A stretch of DNA of 64,000 nt from a virus (lineage: Duplodnaviria > Caudoviricetes). The stretch's first letter is position 1; the number at the start of each line of letters is the position of its first letter. The stretch lies in IMG/VR virus record IMGVR_UViG_3300028888_000049. One strand, 5' to 3'. Made by a program: the position numbers and the translations under genes. The notes under the pieces are model-generated. The model worked only from the letters and a program-made list of their open reading frames with translations, ran no database searches and was not told where the DNA came from. Of the stretch, positions 9,266 to 20,120 are shown piece by piece.

Positions 9266-11383
9266 ATGAAAGTAATAAGTGGTCAAGACTATATTAAAAA
9301 TTTTCCTGATTTTAAGTTGATTAATAGGCAAGAAGATATAGAACGTATCTCTTCTATTCTATGTCGTAAGCATAATAATTCATTATTAATTACTGGTCCA
9401 GAAGGTGTAGGTGTAAGCTCTATTTTATTAGGATTACAACTGTTAAAATCTTCTTCTGAAGCTTCTTTTGCAATGCAATCTAAACAATTCTTTTGGTTAG
9501 ATATTGATGGTTTATTTGCAAGTGGTGATAGTCAAGAAATTAATAATGAATTTCAGTCTATTGTTTATAATATGACAAAAACACCTAATTCTGTTCTTAT
9601 TATTCCGAATGCATATACTTTCTTAGAAGGTGCTAGAAATTCAGGAAACTCTCACTTTATGAATATTTTAAATAACGCTGATAAATTAAATACATTTCAG
9701 GTTATTATGGAAGTTAATGATAATCAATTAAGTGAAGTGTATAAAGAAAATTCAGCAATTAATGAATTTTATACTATATATGAAGTTAAAGAATTAAAAG
9801 ATAAATTACTAGAAGAAAGTATCTTAGAAGCGAGTAAAAATCTTGTTAAGTATCATAATATTAAGATTGATGAGGAAGCTGTTAAAGAGGCAATCAAGTT
9901 AACAACAAAATACAGAGAAGATTTTGGTTTAGGTACAGCTCAACCAAGCAGATCATTAAATTTATTAGATAGAGCATTATCATCATATAAACAGGAAGTT
10001 ATAAAAGAACATCCTACATTAAAGAAACTTAAAAAAGAGATAGACGAATGTACAGATGAAGTAGAAAAAGCTAGTTTAACTGAAGTTTATCAAGATTCTT
10101 TTGCAGATTGGATGGAAGCTAAAGAAGAAATAACTAAATATACTAAAATTATTTCAGAATGTGAAACTTTAAGACTACAATATGAATCTGAAATAGAAAG
10201 TATTAAAAAAGAAGAAAAAGAACGTCAAGAAGAACAAGAAAAATTAGGTGCTAAAACGTTTACATCTCTTGTTGGTGATGGAATAGAGTCCAAAAAAGTC
10301 ATTGAGTTAAGAAATAAAATTAAGCTTATTAATGAAGAGATTGTAGATACTCAGAATAAATATAAAGAACTTTCTGATAAGTTTAATAGTAAATTAGTAT
10401 TAACAAAAAATGAGATACTTGATGAATTTAGCTTAATTTCAGGTATTTCTGCTAATAAATTAAATGAAAATGAATTAGAAAACTTAAAAGCATTAGAAAC
10501 TAATTTATTAAATGATGTTTATGGTCAGGATAATATCGTAAAAGCTGTGGCTAATGCAATTAAAGTAGCTAAGATTGATACAATGAAAGATTCTGGCCCA
10601 GCCGCAAGCTTTCTATTTCTTGGGCCGAGCGGTTGTGGCAAAACTTTTCTTTCAAAATCAATGGCTTACAATCTTTTTGGTGATGAAAGAGCACTTATTC
10701 GCTTTGACATGTCCGAATATATGGAAAAGCATGCAGTCGCTAAATTGATTGGTGCTCCTCCGGGATATGAAGGATTTGAATGTGGTGGTATTTTAACCAA
10801 TACAGTGCGCAAAAATCCTATGGGAGTATATTTGTTTGATGAAATTGAAAAAGCTCATCCTGATGTATTTAACATCTTTTTACAAATACTTTCAGATGGT
10901 CGTTTAACTGATAATATTGGTCGTACAGTTGATTTTTCAGAAACAATAATTGTTATGACTTCTAATATTGGTCAAAAGTATTATCTTGATATGTCTTTAA
11001 CCGATGAAGAAGCTAAAGAAAAAGCAAATGAAGAATTAACAAGTATATATAGATCAGAATTACTTAATAGATTTAATGGTCGTGAAAATATATTTCATTT
11101 TCATAGATTATCAATGGAAACAATTCAAAGGATTGTTGCTAGAGAAATTAATAATCTTAAAAATGCTTATAAAGATAAATTTGATTTAAATATGTCTTTA
11201 GAAGAAATAGAAAAATTCTGTAATGATCAATATGATCCAATTAAAGGTGCAAGAGGTTTGCCTGGATATATTAAAGCACATTTAAGACCTAAACTTGTTG
11301 ATTTATTACTTAATAATTTTGGTTTTACTTCTGTTAATATTAAATATAATAATGATATTAAAGATTTTGAACTAATTTATTAA
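9266..11383 (+). CDS. ClpA/ClpB-family AAA+ ATPase (first ATPase module degenerate, no N-domain)
   Basis: D2: GPSGCGKT, RFDMSEYMEKHAVAKLIGAPPGYEG, DEIEKAHPDV; D1 Walker A GPEGVGVS lacks Lys. Confidence 0.9.
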   Translation: MKVISGQDYIKNFPDFKLINRQEDIERISSILCRKHNNSLLITGPEGVGVSSILLGLQLLKSSSEASFAMQSKQFFWLDIDGLFASGDSQEINNEFQSIVYNMTKTPNSVLIIPNAYTFLEGARNSGNSHFMNILNNADKLNTFQVIMEVNDNQLSEVYKENSAINEFYTIYEVKELKDKLLEESILEASKNLVKYHNIKIDEEAVKEAIKLTTKYREDFGLGTAQPSRSLNLLDRALSSYKQEVIKEHPTLKKLKKEIDECTDEVEKASLTEVYQDSFADWMEAKEEITKYTKIISECETLRLQYESEIESIKKEEKERQEEQEKLGAKTFTSLVGDGIESKKVIELRNKIKLINEEIVDTQNKYKELSDKFNSKLVLTKNEILDEFSLISGISANKLNENELENLKALETNLLNDVYGQDNIVKAVANAIKVAKIDTMKDSGPAASFLFLGPSGCGKTFLSKSMAYNLFGDERALIRFDMSEYMEKHAVAKLIGAPPGYEGFECGGILTNTVRKNPMGVYLFDEIEKAHPDVFNIFLQILSDGRLTDNIGRTVDFSETIIVMTSNIGQKYYLDMSLTDEEAKEKANEELTSIYRSELLNRFNGRENIFHFHRLSMETIQRIVAREINNLKNAYKDKFDLNMSLEEIEKFCNDQYDPIKGARGLPGYIKAHLRPKLVDLLLNNFGFTSVNIKYNNDIKDFELIY

Positions 11384-11393
11384 GGAAAATTAC

Positions 11394-11696
11394 ATGAAAT
11401 TATATGCTGAAAATCCAGAAGGTAATGCAAAGGGTGATACTTTTCATTTTGTATATTTACACAGAAAGTTAGAAACTCTTAATGGTTTTGATATCGTAAA
11501 TATAGAAGGTGAAGAACCTGAAGTAGGTATTCATGATGTATCTATAAATATTAAAGGTAAAGACCATGATGCTTTATTATTCTATTGGCAACCGAAAGAT
11601 TGTCCTAATAAAAAAGGATTGATTGTTGCAAAAGATGATAATAAAGGCATTTTAGAAGCAAGATTGGCATATAATAATAAAAAAAGATTTATTTGA
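11394..11696 (+). CDS. hypothetical protein
   Basis: ORF, AAGGA RBS. Confidence 0.65.
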   Translation: MKLYAENPEGNAKGDTFHFVYLHRKLETLNGFDIVNIEGEEPEVGIHDVSINIKGKDHDALLFYWQPKDCPNKKGLIVAKDDNKGILEARLAYNNKKRFI

Positions 11697-11707
11697 GAGG
11701 TTTTTTA

Positions 11708-12043
11708 ATGAGTGATTGGACAAATATTTGTGGTGTAATAAGATATGATGCATTTAAAGACTTAAATGTTGAAAAAGCATTTAGTAAAGATTTACCACGT
11801 GGTTCAGAAGGTCCATTAAAGATTATTAAAAATTATACAAATACTGGTGACTGTCTTACTATAATTGGTGATTTAAGAGATTATACAGATTTAGTAAGAC
11901 TTGCAAATTGGTGGAAAAATATTCCTGGTAAATTAAAATCTTGTTTTATAACATATGCTATTTTATATGTTGAATGTGGTAATAAAAAATTAATATTAAC
12001 TGAAGAAGATATGAATAAGGAGCAAGATTTAGATAATGATTAA
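11708..12043 (+). CDS. hypothetical phage protein
   Basis: GAGG RBS before ATG 11708. Confidence 0.65.
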   Translation: MSDWTNICGVIRYDAFKDLNVEKAFSKDLPRGSEGPLKIIKNYTNTGDCLTIIGDLRDYTDLVRLANWWKNIPGKLKSCFITYAILYVECGNKKLILTEEDMNKEQDLDND

Positions 12044-12629
12044 TATTATAGAAAAATTTAAGTATTTAATAACAATATTTTATAGTATTTTTAAGCTTAT
12101 TGAAAAATGCGTTGTTATACCTGTAAAAAGAGTACTTATATTTTGTAAACCCTTTACAAACTGGTATAAGAGTATTTGGAAAAAATATTGTTATGATAAA
12201 TATAGAGATTTTCTATACAAAAAAGCAGTTATTATGATATTTTCCACTATTTGTAGTATTTATATAATATTTTCAATTTTAAGTTTTACTTTTGATTGTA
12301 TATATTATCTATCTACTAAAAAGGTAGAAACTATTTATTTATCAGATTCTGTAGAATTAGAAGAAGATTTATGGAGTGCCAAAGGTTGTCTAACTAAAGA
12401 TTGTAATTCTGATAATGCTCTTTATTTTAGAATAAAATCTACATGGTTTAATAATATTTGGAATTTATGGCATCATAAACAAATATTTTTACCTGATATA
12501 ATTGCATCAGCTGTTCCAACAGGTCAAACACGATGTGAAGTAATTAGTTATGGATTAAGATATAGAATATTTATGATATTTAATTACTATCCTCAAATTT
12601 TACAAGTACAGTGTATCGCTGTAGATTGA
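12036..12629 (+). CDS. membrane protein, DUF1523-like
   Basis: TM helix; C-terminal YGLRY...YPQIL pattern. Confidence 0.45.
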   Translation: MINIIEKFKYLITIFYSIFKLIEKCVVIPVKRVLIFCKPFTNWYKSIWKKYCYDKYRDFLYKKAVIMIFSTICSIYIIFSILSFTFDCIYYLSTKKVETIYLSDSVELEEDLWSAKGCLTKDCNSDNALYFRIKSTWFNNIWNLWHHKQIFLPDIIASAVPTGQTRCEVISYGLRYRIFMIFNYYPQILQVQCIAVD

Positions 12630-12738
12630 GACAAATTATACAAAATTTAAAATTTGGTTTTACATTATAATTAGTATAGTTTATATAATGCTCATGAAAT
12701 GATAAGTGAGTATTAATTAAACATGAAAAGAGGTTAAA

Positions 12739-13389
12739 ATGAAAGATTTTCCAAGTGAATATACTTATATAGATGAACATGGACAAGTTTGGTATAAAAC
12801 TTATCAAATGAAAAAAGTAGAAGTTGACGATTTAAATCCATATATTTTAAGTGGATTACCAGTTGTTATAAATCCAGAAACTACCGTTGAAACTTTATTT
12901 GATACTATTAATAAATATGATCTATTAAAAGTAAATTGTATTGCTTTTGATTCTTTTTATAAAGAGTTAAAGTCTAAAACTAAGGAACCTGATGAAGGAT
13001 ATTTAGTTTTTTCATGGGATGGTATTAGTTTAGACAATAGCTTTCAAAATACATTATATCCAATGAATTCTGTTTGTATGGAAAAAGATAATAAGACGTA
13101 TGCTATTGATTTAGTAAATACATCAGAATTAAGAAATTTAAAAATTAAGATTAATTTAGATTTTAATATCTATGATGATCATGGTAATATACATAAAACA
13201 GCAAGCGTTAGACCTACACTTTATCAAGTAATTTATGGTCTTTTTTGGGAATTAAGCTTTCATGGCACTCCAGAAAATAGAGATAATATTAAAGAAGATC
13301 TTAAAAAGACTATTGAAGAACTAAAACAAGAAGATTTAGCAACATATACTTCAGCAGATGATTTATTTAATGATTTAAATAAAAAATAA
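12739..13389 (+). CDS. hypothetical phage protein
   Basis: ORF, GAGG RBS, early promoter at 12659. Confidence 0.7.
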   Translation: MKDFPSEYTYIDEHGQVWYKTYQMKKVEVDDLNPYILSGLPVVINPETTVETLFDTINKYDLLKVNCIAFDSFYKELKSKTKEPDEGYLVFSWDGISLDNSFQNTLYPMNSVCMEKDNKTYAIDLVNTSELRNLKIKINLDFNIYDDHGNIHKTASVRPTLYQVIYGLFWELSFHGTPENRDNIKEDLKKTIEELKQEDLATYTSADDLFNDLNKK

Positions 13390-13451
13390 ATTATTCGCTT
13401 TACTTCTTAGGTAGTATGGTTCTATTATAATATTATCTAAGGAGGTTAATA

Positions 13452-13892
13452 ATGAAAATTTATGTATCGCGTTCGAAACACTTTATGGGTTATACTTTAA
13501 TAGGTGATCATAATAAAGAATATAATACAAAAGTTGTTAAGTTAACGGATAATAATTATGAAGAATGCATACAAATGGCTTTGTTTTATAAATTAATTAA
13601 CAAACCTATTTTCACAAAAATCTCTCCTTCTATATACATGCATTCTGGTATTAATAAATTTTCAAATGAATTAACTTCCTTAGATTATTATAATATAAAA
13701 GATTTAGCTACTAAAAATAAATTCTTCCAAAAATATTCGAAAATAACAGGGCAAGTATTGCAATTTATCCCTTTAAAAGAATATACAGATAAAGATAATG
13801 AAATTTTAGCTAATCTTTATTCTCAACTTAATATTTGTGAAAGAAATTTCGCAATTCTAAATAATAAACTATATCAATCACAAAGCTTATAA
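13452..13892 (+). CDS. hypothetical protein
   Basis: AGGAGG RBS. Confidence 0.7.
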   Translation: MKIYVSRSKHFMGYTLIGDHNKEYNTKVVKLTDNNYEECIQMALFYKLINKPIFTKISPSIYMHSGINKFSNELTSLDYYNIKDLATKNKFFQKYSKITGQVLQFIPLKEYTDKDNEILANLYSQLNICERNFAILNNKLYQSQSL

Positions 13893-13902
13893 AGGGATAA
13901 AA

Positions 13903-14268
13903 ATGGCTAATATACTCATTTTAGAAGATACGGAAAGTTATGCTAAATTACTATCTTTCATTGCTAAAAAATTAGGACATAATGTAGCAAATTTTACAAA
14001 ACCTAGTGATGCAATTAAGCAAAATATGGTTAAGCATGCTGATTTAATTATATCTGATTTTGAAATGGATGATGGCGAAACTGCCTTAGATTTATTAGAA
14101 TATTTAAAAAATAATAATATTTTAAAACCAGTTATTATTAATTCTGGAACAGCAAATGTAAATAAAATTATAGAAGATGCTGGTTATGATAATTTTGTTA
14201 ATTTTTATGCTGATAAATTAGGTAATGTAGAGTATTTTAAAGAATTAATCACTAATGTATTAGCATAA
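13903..14268 (+). CDS. single-domain response regulator (receiver domain)
   Basis: ILILED, DLIISD (phospho-Asp), VIINSG, conserved Lys. Confidence 0.85.
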   Translation: MANILILEDTESYAKLLSFIAKKLGHNVANFTKPSDAIKQNMVKHADLIISDFEMDDGETALDLLEYLKNNNILKPVIINSGTANVNKIIEDAGYDNFVNFYADKLGNVEYFKELITNVLA

Positions 14269-14346
14269 AATTTTGTTTTACTTTTTAAAAAATCTATGAT
14301 ATACAATCTTATAAAAGGTTGTATATTTTTTATTGGAGTGACTAAA

Positions 14347-14484
14347 ATGTCTGAATCTGAAAAATTAGAGAGTTATAGAAAAACACTTGAACAAATTAAA
14401 AATATGATAGAAAGCGAAAGATCAGATAAGGATGCGTTATTATCTGAAATAGTACTCATTATAGAACAAGAATTAAAAATTTAA
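14347..14484 (+). CDS. small hypothetical protein
   Basis: GGAG RBS before ATG 14347. Confidence 0.55.
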   Translation: MSESEKLESYRKTLEQIKNMIESERSDKDALLSEIVLIIEQELKI

Positions 14485-14554
14485 ATTTTTGGTTTTACAT
14501 TTAACATTTTTTATATTATATAATAATTATCAATTATAAATGAAAGGATAAAAA

Positions 14555-15217
14555 ATGTCAATAAGTACAACACGTATTAGAGTCGATGATTTAACATTTA
14601 ATTCTATTAAAGAGGCTACAGAATACTTAAATTTTAAGCCTTATGAAATTACAAACGCTTTACATAAAGGTGATAAAGTCGTTTACAAAAATCATTTTAT
14701 ACAAAGATTAGATCCAATTCTTAGAAAGAATAAGAAAGCTCCATGTAAATCTTTAAAAGAAGGTACATTACATCTTACTACCAATAATACAAATATTAGT
14801 AAAGCAGAACATAAGCGTGTACCTGTATTATGTGTAACAACAAATAAGGTTTATAATAGTATTTCAGAATTAGCTAAAGAGTTAAAAATGCATCAATGGA
14901 CATTAAGTGTTAAGTTAGAATCCGCTGGAAAATTCATTGATAAAGATGGTAATGTTTATGTTCGTCAAATTCCAATGAAGAGACGCTCTTCTAATCCATT
15001 ACAGCAGTCTCCTGCAACTCTAGATTTAGAAAGATCAAAAGCCTTAAGTGGAATTCAACATACTGTTTCAGAAGAAATAAATACGAATGAAGCTATTAAG
15101 ACTGTTTCTGGTTTAAAAATGCTAGAACAAGCTGGAATTACTTTAGCTTATGACAAGCAATTTGCTAATTCTGCCAAAGTCTTTGGTTTATTGGCTGAAA
15201 TTTATAGAAGCGAATAA
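14555..15217 (+). CDS. NUMOD1-like DNA-binding repeat protein
   Basis: FNSIKEA and VYNSISELAKEL repeats. Confidence 0.55.
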   Translation: MSISTTRIRVDDLTFNSIKEATEYLNFKPYEITNALHKGDKVVYKNHFIQRLDPILRKNKKAPCKSLKEGTLHLTTNNTNISKAEHKRVPVLCVTTNKVYNSISELAKELKMHQWTLSVKLESAGKFIDKDGNVYVRQIPMKRRSSNPLQQSPATLDLERSKALSGIQHTVSEEINTNEAIKTVSGLKMLEQAGITLAYDKQFANSAKVFGLLAEIYRSE

Positions 15218-15238
15218 GTTTTTTATTTTGTTTGGAAT

Positions 15239-15272
15239 AAAGACCTATTTCTTAAAGATTTAGGTCTTTTTT
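15239..15272 (+). terminator. intrinsic terminator
   Basis: aaagaccta...taggtcttt plus T run. Confidence 0.7.
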
Positions 15273-15336
15273 GTTGTACAAGTTCTTAAAAACATGATAT
15301 AATATATTATATTTCGAAAAATATAGGAGAAGTGTC

Positions 15337-15504
15337 ATGTTTACAAATAAATACATAGTTCATCCTCAAAACGATTTAAAATCACAATTTGCTGAAGAAT
15401 TTGATTCGAAACAAGAAGCAGAAAAGCGTTGTGATGAATTGAATACTAAACTCACAAAAATTGTTTGGGTTATTTCCACGATCTTAGTAAATACAGGGTG
15501 GTAA
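15337..15504 (+). CDS. small hypothetical protein (55 aa, not in ORF track)
   Basis: AGGAGA RBS; MFTNKYIVHPQND...NTGW. Confidence 0.65.
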   Translation: MFTNKYIVHPQNDLKSQFAEEFDSKQEAEKRCDELNTKLTKIVWVISTILVNTGW

Positions 15505-15574
15505 TAAATTTTTCGCTTTACAAATTCCTTTGTTAGGTATATATATAATATATATCTTAATGAAGGAATTTTTT

Positions 15575-16246
15575 ATGTCAAATAGATTCGAATTAACTAA
15601 AGATTTATATATAATTACAGGTCTTTCTGGTACTAGACTTGAGCCGTGTATTGGTCATACATATGAATACCGTATGTTTTCTTGTGTTAGATCTATCAAA
15701 ACACGTAAAAATATAAAAGCTCATTTAGTATTAGATAGTACTTGGACTAATGATAGTGGTGCTAGATTAAATCTTAAACATGACGCCGATCTCAATCGTA
15801 TTTTCTTTATGAATAAACTTTATAAGCAAGATGAGGATTTTAACATTGATAATTACTTAGCATATAATGATTATATATATTTTTATTATATACCATGTCA
15901 AGGAGGCAATGGTTTTTATCAAGATATTGAAGTACTAAATAATGAAAAAGCTGTTGATAAGTTTATTAAAGCATTGGATGATAAATATACTTGTCCAAAA
16001 GGAAATTTTTATAAGTACAGAATCGTAGAATGCGATTATGAAAATACAGATAGATTACAATATCTAGAAAAGCAACAACAAGAATTAAATAATTTAAAGA
16101 ATATATGTATGAGTAATTCATTTATAAAAGATGTTACGAGTAATGCAATTACTTTAGATGAAAGTAAAATTAGAAAAATTATTGATAAATATTTAGCTCG
16201 TAATAATGTTAAATTTAAGCGTAAATACTATATTTATCTTCTATAG
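15575..16246 (+). CDS. hypothetical protein
   Basis: AAGGA RBS before ATG 15575. Confidence 0.65.
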   Translation: MSNRFELTKDLYIITGLSGTRLEPCIGHTYEYRMFSCVRSIKTRKNIKAHLVLDSTWTNDSGARLNLKHDADLNRIFFMNKLYKQDEDFNIDNYLAYNDYIYFYYIPCQGGNGFYQDIEVLNNEKAVDKFIKALDDKYTCPKGNFYKYRIVECDYENTDRLQYLEKQQQELNNLKNICMSNSFIKDVTSNAITLDESKIRKIIDKYLARNNVKFKRKYYIYLL

Positions 16247-16259
16247 GATATAAAATAAT

Positions 16260-16538
16260 ATGATGACAAAACAATATGTAAAGAAACAGTTAAAAGTTGA
16301 GTTGAATGATGAAGGTGCAGCTCCTTGTAAGCATTGTCTTAAATCTAAAAAGAAATTCGTTTATCCGAAAATAGTAAATGTTGATGAATTATATTATGCT
16401 CAGTGTCCAGAATGTAAATATTATGACATTTATGAGTTTTTAGGATTGTCACGTAAAAAAGCTATAAAGATTTGGAATAATACTATGTTATTTACAGGAT
16501 CTGGAAATAATAAAGAGGATTATGATGACTACTGCTGA
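16260..16538 (+). CDS. Lar-like zinc-ribbon protein
   Basis: PCKHC...CPEC...AIKIWN. Confidence 0.55.
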   Translation: MMTKQYVKKQLKVELNDEGAAPCKHCLKSKKKFVYPKIVNVDELYYAQCPECKYYDIYEFLGLSRKKAIKIWNNTMLFTGSGNNKEDYDDYC

Positions 16539-16980
16539 TAGAGAAATACAATGGCTTAAATATTTTATGAATTTGGCAAAAAATGTATCTGAAATGTCAA
16601 AAGATCCAAGTCATAAAATAGGAGCAGTTATCGTTGATCAAAATAAAAGAATTGTAAGTACAGGGTTTAATGGATTTGCTAGAAATATAGTAGATTCAGA
16701 AGAACGTCTTAATAATAAAGAAATTAAGAGAAAACTTACTTTACATGCAGAAGAAAATGCTGTTTCTTTTGCTAAAAGAGATTTAACTGGTTGTGATATT
16801 TTTGTATATGGATATCCACCGTGTACACATTGTACTAGTTTATTAATTCAATCTGGTATTCAATGTATTTATTATTATAATCCAACAAATAAAGTATCTG
16901 ATCATTGGAAAGATGATTTTGAATTAGCAGAAACTATTGCCAATGAAGCAGATATTCCGTATTTAGAATTAGACATTTAG
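16522..16980 (+). CDS. dCMP deaminase
   Basis: SKDP, TGFNG, HAEENA, PCTHC motifs. Confidence 0.92.
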   Translation: MMTTADREIQWLKYFMNLAKNVSEMSKDPSHKIGAVIVDQNKRIVSTGFNGFARNIVDSEERLNNKEIKRKLTLHAEENAVSFAKRDLTGCDIFVYGYPPCTHCTSLLIQSGIQCIYYYNPTNKVSDHWKDDFELAETIANEADIPYLELDI

Positions 16981-16989
16981 GAGGAATTT

Positions 16990-17742
16990 ATGCATTTAAG
17001 TAAAAGTTTACCGAATTATATACGTGATAAGTATATAAAATACGGTAAAATGAGTATTAATGACATTATAAACAATGTTCATAATATGACGTTTAATGAA
17101 AAAGTAAATTACATTAGACATAATTATACATATTATAATACTAATGAAGATCTTTTTTATGAAGCTGATAATAAAACACTAAATAATAGAGGTATTTGGT
17201 TAAATAAGTTAATTGCAGCAGTTATATATAAGAAATATACACCAGATGTATTAAAAGATTTTAACGAATTAATTTTAAAATGGAGAAAAGCTAAAGATAC
17301 TGATCATGTTTATTTAACAACTTTAGAAATTGCGAATAAAGAAATATCTAATAATAAATATGATCTTTGGTTTGAAAATAATTTTAATACATTTAGTATT
17401 CCAAATGATCTTACGTGTAAAACGTTTATTGATAAAATAGATCAATTAGCTTTAATAAAATCATATGTACAAGATTCATTAGATATGATTGAGCTTCAAG
17501 AGTTTTTAAATTCGAGCTATGTAGAACTTTTAAAAAAGGCTAAGGAGTGGTTAAATTCACGTAAACCTGATCTATCAAATTTAGAAAAAAATAAAGAAAA
17601 AGTTAAAAAATTAGCTATAGCTTGTTTAGTAAAGAAAACTCAACGAAAAGAAGAATTAAAACAGCAAAAACTTGAAGAAGCATATATATTAGATAAAATG
17701 AAAAGTTATGATAGCTATAAAAGAAAACAACAAGCAGTTTAA
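16990..17742 (+). CDS. hypothetical protein
   Basis: AGGAGG RBS. Confidence 0.65.
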   Translation: MHLSKSLPNYIRDKYIKYGKMSINDIINNVHNMTFNEKVNYIRHNYTYYNTNEDLFYEADNKTLNNRGIWLNKLIAAVIYKKYTPDVLKDFNELILKWRKAKDTDHVYLTTLEIANKEISNNKYDLWFENNFNTFSIPNDLTCKTFIDKIDQLALIKSYVQDSLDMIELQEFLNSSYVELLKKAKEWLNSRKPDLSNLEKNKEKVKKLAIACLVKKTQRKEELKQQKLEEAYILDKMKSYDSYKRKQQAV

Positions 17743-17757
17743 TATAAGGTAAATACT

Positions 17758-19716
17758 ATGATGAATGAACAAATTAAAAATATTTTAGAAAAATGTAATG
17801 AAGCATATTCTAAAGGTGAAGTATATTTTCTTAAAGATGATGAGTATCCAGTTGTAGAACAAGAATTTAATATAGTTATTCCACATTTAGATGTAGATGA
17901 TCACTTATATGATATTATTTATTTTTGTGCTAAAGAAAAATGGCCAGATGATGAATTTTTCAATAAATTAACTTCTGAGAATACTGGTTATGGTATAGAT
18001 ATAACACATGAAATTCCAATGGGTAGTATGGAAGAACTTAAAGAAGGTGATTTGGAAAAATGGATTGGAAATCACAAAGATTTTGTAATTTCTGATAAAT
18101 TAGATGGTTGTTCTATTATTTTAACTTATATAAATGGACAATTGATTAAGGCTGCGACTCGTGGACATGGTATAACAGGAAAAGATGTTATGCGTCATAT
18201 TAAACAAGTTCCAAGTATACCTAAATATATAGACTATAAAGATAAATTAATTGTTCGAGGTGAACTTCTTTTCAAAAAGAATATGATTCAATCTATACTT
18301 GATGATATCGAATTAAAAACAGGTAAAAAACAAAAGAATGGTCGTAATACTATTGCAGGTGCATTAAATAGAAAAGATACAGATATTAATATTTTTAATA
18401 ATTGTAAATTTGTAGCTTACTGGACGTCTGAAAATTTAGGAACATTAAGAGCCTTTAAGCAATTAGAAGATTTTGGTTTTTTAGTGCCTTACTATCAAGA
18501 ATGTTCTAATGAAATATTAACAGATGAAAATTGTTTAGAAATAGTAAAAACTCGTTTAAAATTTTCTAATTATGAATTAGATGGTATAATAATTACTCAA
18601 AATGATTATACTGATACTGGATTTGTTGGTAATACAATCAATCCAAAATGTTCACGTAAATTTAAAATGGGTATTTATGATAATATTGCTGAATCTAAAG
18701 TTGTAAATATTGATTGGAAAATTAGTAGATGGAATGTATTTACACCAGTATTAGAGATTGAACCAACTGAAATATGTGGTTGTACAGTTACTAATATTAC
18801 AGCTCATAATTATGAAAATGTTTTGAATGTAAAATGTGGTATTGGTTCTAAAATTAAATTTAGTAGAGCTGGATTAGTTATTCCTAAACTAGAAGAAGTA
18901 TTAGAACCTTCTGAAGAATATAACTTACCTAATTGTAAAACCAAAAAGGTGGGTGTAGATTTAGTATTTGATGAAGAAGATCCGTATTCAGATGAGAATT
19001 TATTTACATATGCTAGAGAACGAGACATTCAAGCACTTGATAATTTTGGTAAAAAACTAAAAATAGATCAATGGGGTTACGGTAATTGTGCTAAATTATA
19101 TGATCACTTCTTCTTTACTGATAGTATTATTTTAGCTCCTGTAGATGTATTTAATATTCCTGATTCATTATTTACATACTTAATAGGTAAGAATGGTGAA
19201 AAGATAGTTAGTAGTCTTAATACTATTAAACAAAATATTTCTGAAATAGTATTTGCATCTGCTTGTGGTTTATTTGGACAAGGTATAGGTGAATCAATTT
19301 TAAAATTAGTATATGATAAATATAACACTTTGGAAGTATCAAAAGAACATCTAGAAGCTTTAGAGGGTTTTGGAGATACTCGTATAGAACAATACTTAGA
19401 ATGCTTACCAGAATATGTTAGAGCAAAAGAATATGTAAATGGATTAGGTATAACTTTTGATAATAATATTGTACAAAAAACATCTAATAATTTAGAAGGT
19501 ATTGTAGTATGTTTTACTGGTATTAGAGATAAAGACTTTTCTAAATTTATAAATGATAATGGAGGAGTAGCTAGTGATAATTGGAAATCTTCAACAACTC
19601 ACTTGATTGTAAAAGATAAGAATACAACAACTTCTAAAATGCAAAAAGCTCTTGATAAAGGTTGTAAAATATTAACATTAGAAGAAGCATATAAGGAATT
19701 TAATTATGAACGATGA
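17758..19716 (+). CDS. ligA: NAD+-dependent DNA ligase
   Basis: KLDG adenylation motif, TRGHG, ELDG, C-terminal BRCT (CFTG...GG...THL). Confidence 0.95.
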   Translation: MMNEQIKNILEKCNEAYSKGEVYFLKDDEYPVVEQEFNIVIPHLDVDDHLYDIIYFCAKEKWPDDEFFNKLTSENTGYGIDITHEIPMGSMEELKEGDLEKWIGNHKDFVISDKLDGCSIILTYINGQLIKAATRGHGITGKDVMRHIKQVPSIPKYIDYKDKLIVRGELLFKKNMIQSILDDIELKTGKKQKNGRNTIAGALNRKDTDINIFNNCKFVAYWTSENLGTLRAFKQLEDFGFLVPYYQECSNEILTDENCLEIVKTRLKFSNYELDGIIITQNDYTDTGFVGNTINPKCSRKFKMGIYDNIAESKVVNIDWKISRWNVFTPVLEIEPTEICGCTVTNITAHNYENVLNVKCGIGSKIKFSRAGLVIPKLEEVLEPSEEYNLPNCKTKKVGVDLVFDEEDPYSDENLFTYARERDIQALDNFGKKLKIDQWGYGNCAKLYDHFFFTDSIILAPVDVFNIPDSLFTYLIGKNGEKIVSSLNTIKQNISEIVFASACGLFGQGIGESILKLVYDKYNTLEVSKEHLEALEGFGDTRIEQYLECLPEYVRAKEYVNGLGITFDNNIVQKTSNNLEGIVVCFTGIRDKDFSKFINDNGGVASDNWKSSTTHLIVKDKNTTTSKMQKALDKGCKILTLEEAYKEFNYER

Positions 19717-20050
19717 TTTGAAAACATATGTTGTACGTAATGATGGAACAAGTGATCCAGAAATTATAAATGATAATTATAAAAAATATACAGTTAGGGA
19801 CTTTATACCAGACTATTCAGAAATTGCAACAGTAGATTGGGTAAAAGGAATTGTTGAACAAAATGAAACTATTGAAGATTTATATAAGAAAATATATGAT
19901 AAATTAGTAGAAATAAATCCTGAAGAAGCAGAAAAATATGAGACTTATTTAAAAATTTATAACGGTGATTATAGAACTACCGTCTTGTTAATTGAAACTA
20001 ATACATTAGAGGTTAAATCTTCAGATGTATTAAAACTTTTAAAAAAATAA
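19706..20050 (+). CDS. hypothetical protein
   Basis: ORF in operon. Confidence 0.6.
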   Translation: MNDDLKTYVVRNDGTSDPEIINDNYKKYTVRDFIPDYSEIATVDWVKGIVEQNETIEDLYKKIYDKLVEINPEEAEKYETYLKIYNGDYRTTVLLIETNTLEVKSSDVLKLLKK

Positions 20051-20120
20051 ATTTTCGATTTTATTTTAATTAATATCTATCATAATATAGTTCTATAAAA
20101 TAATAAAAGGAGATTTTTTC

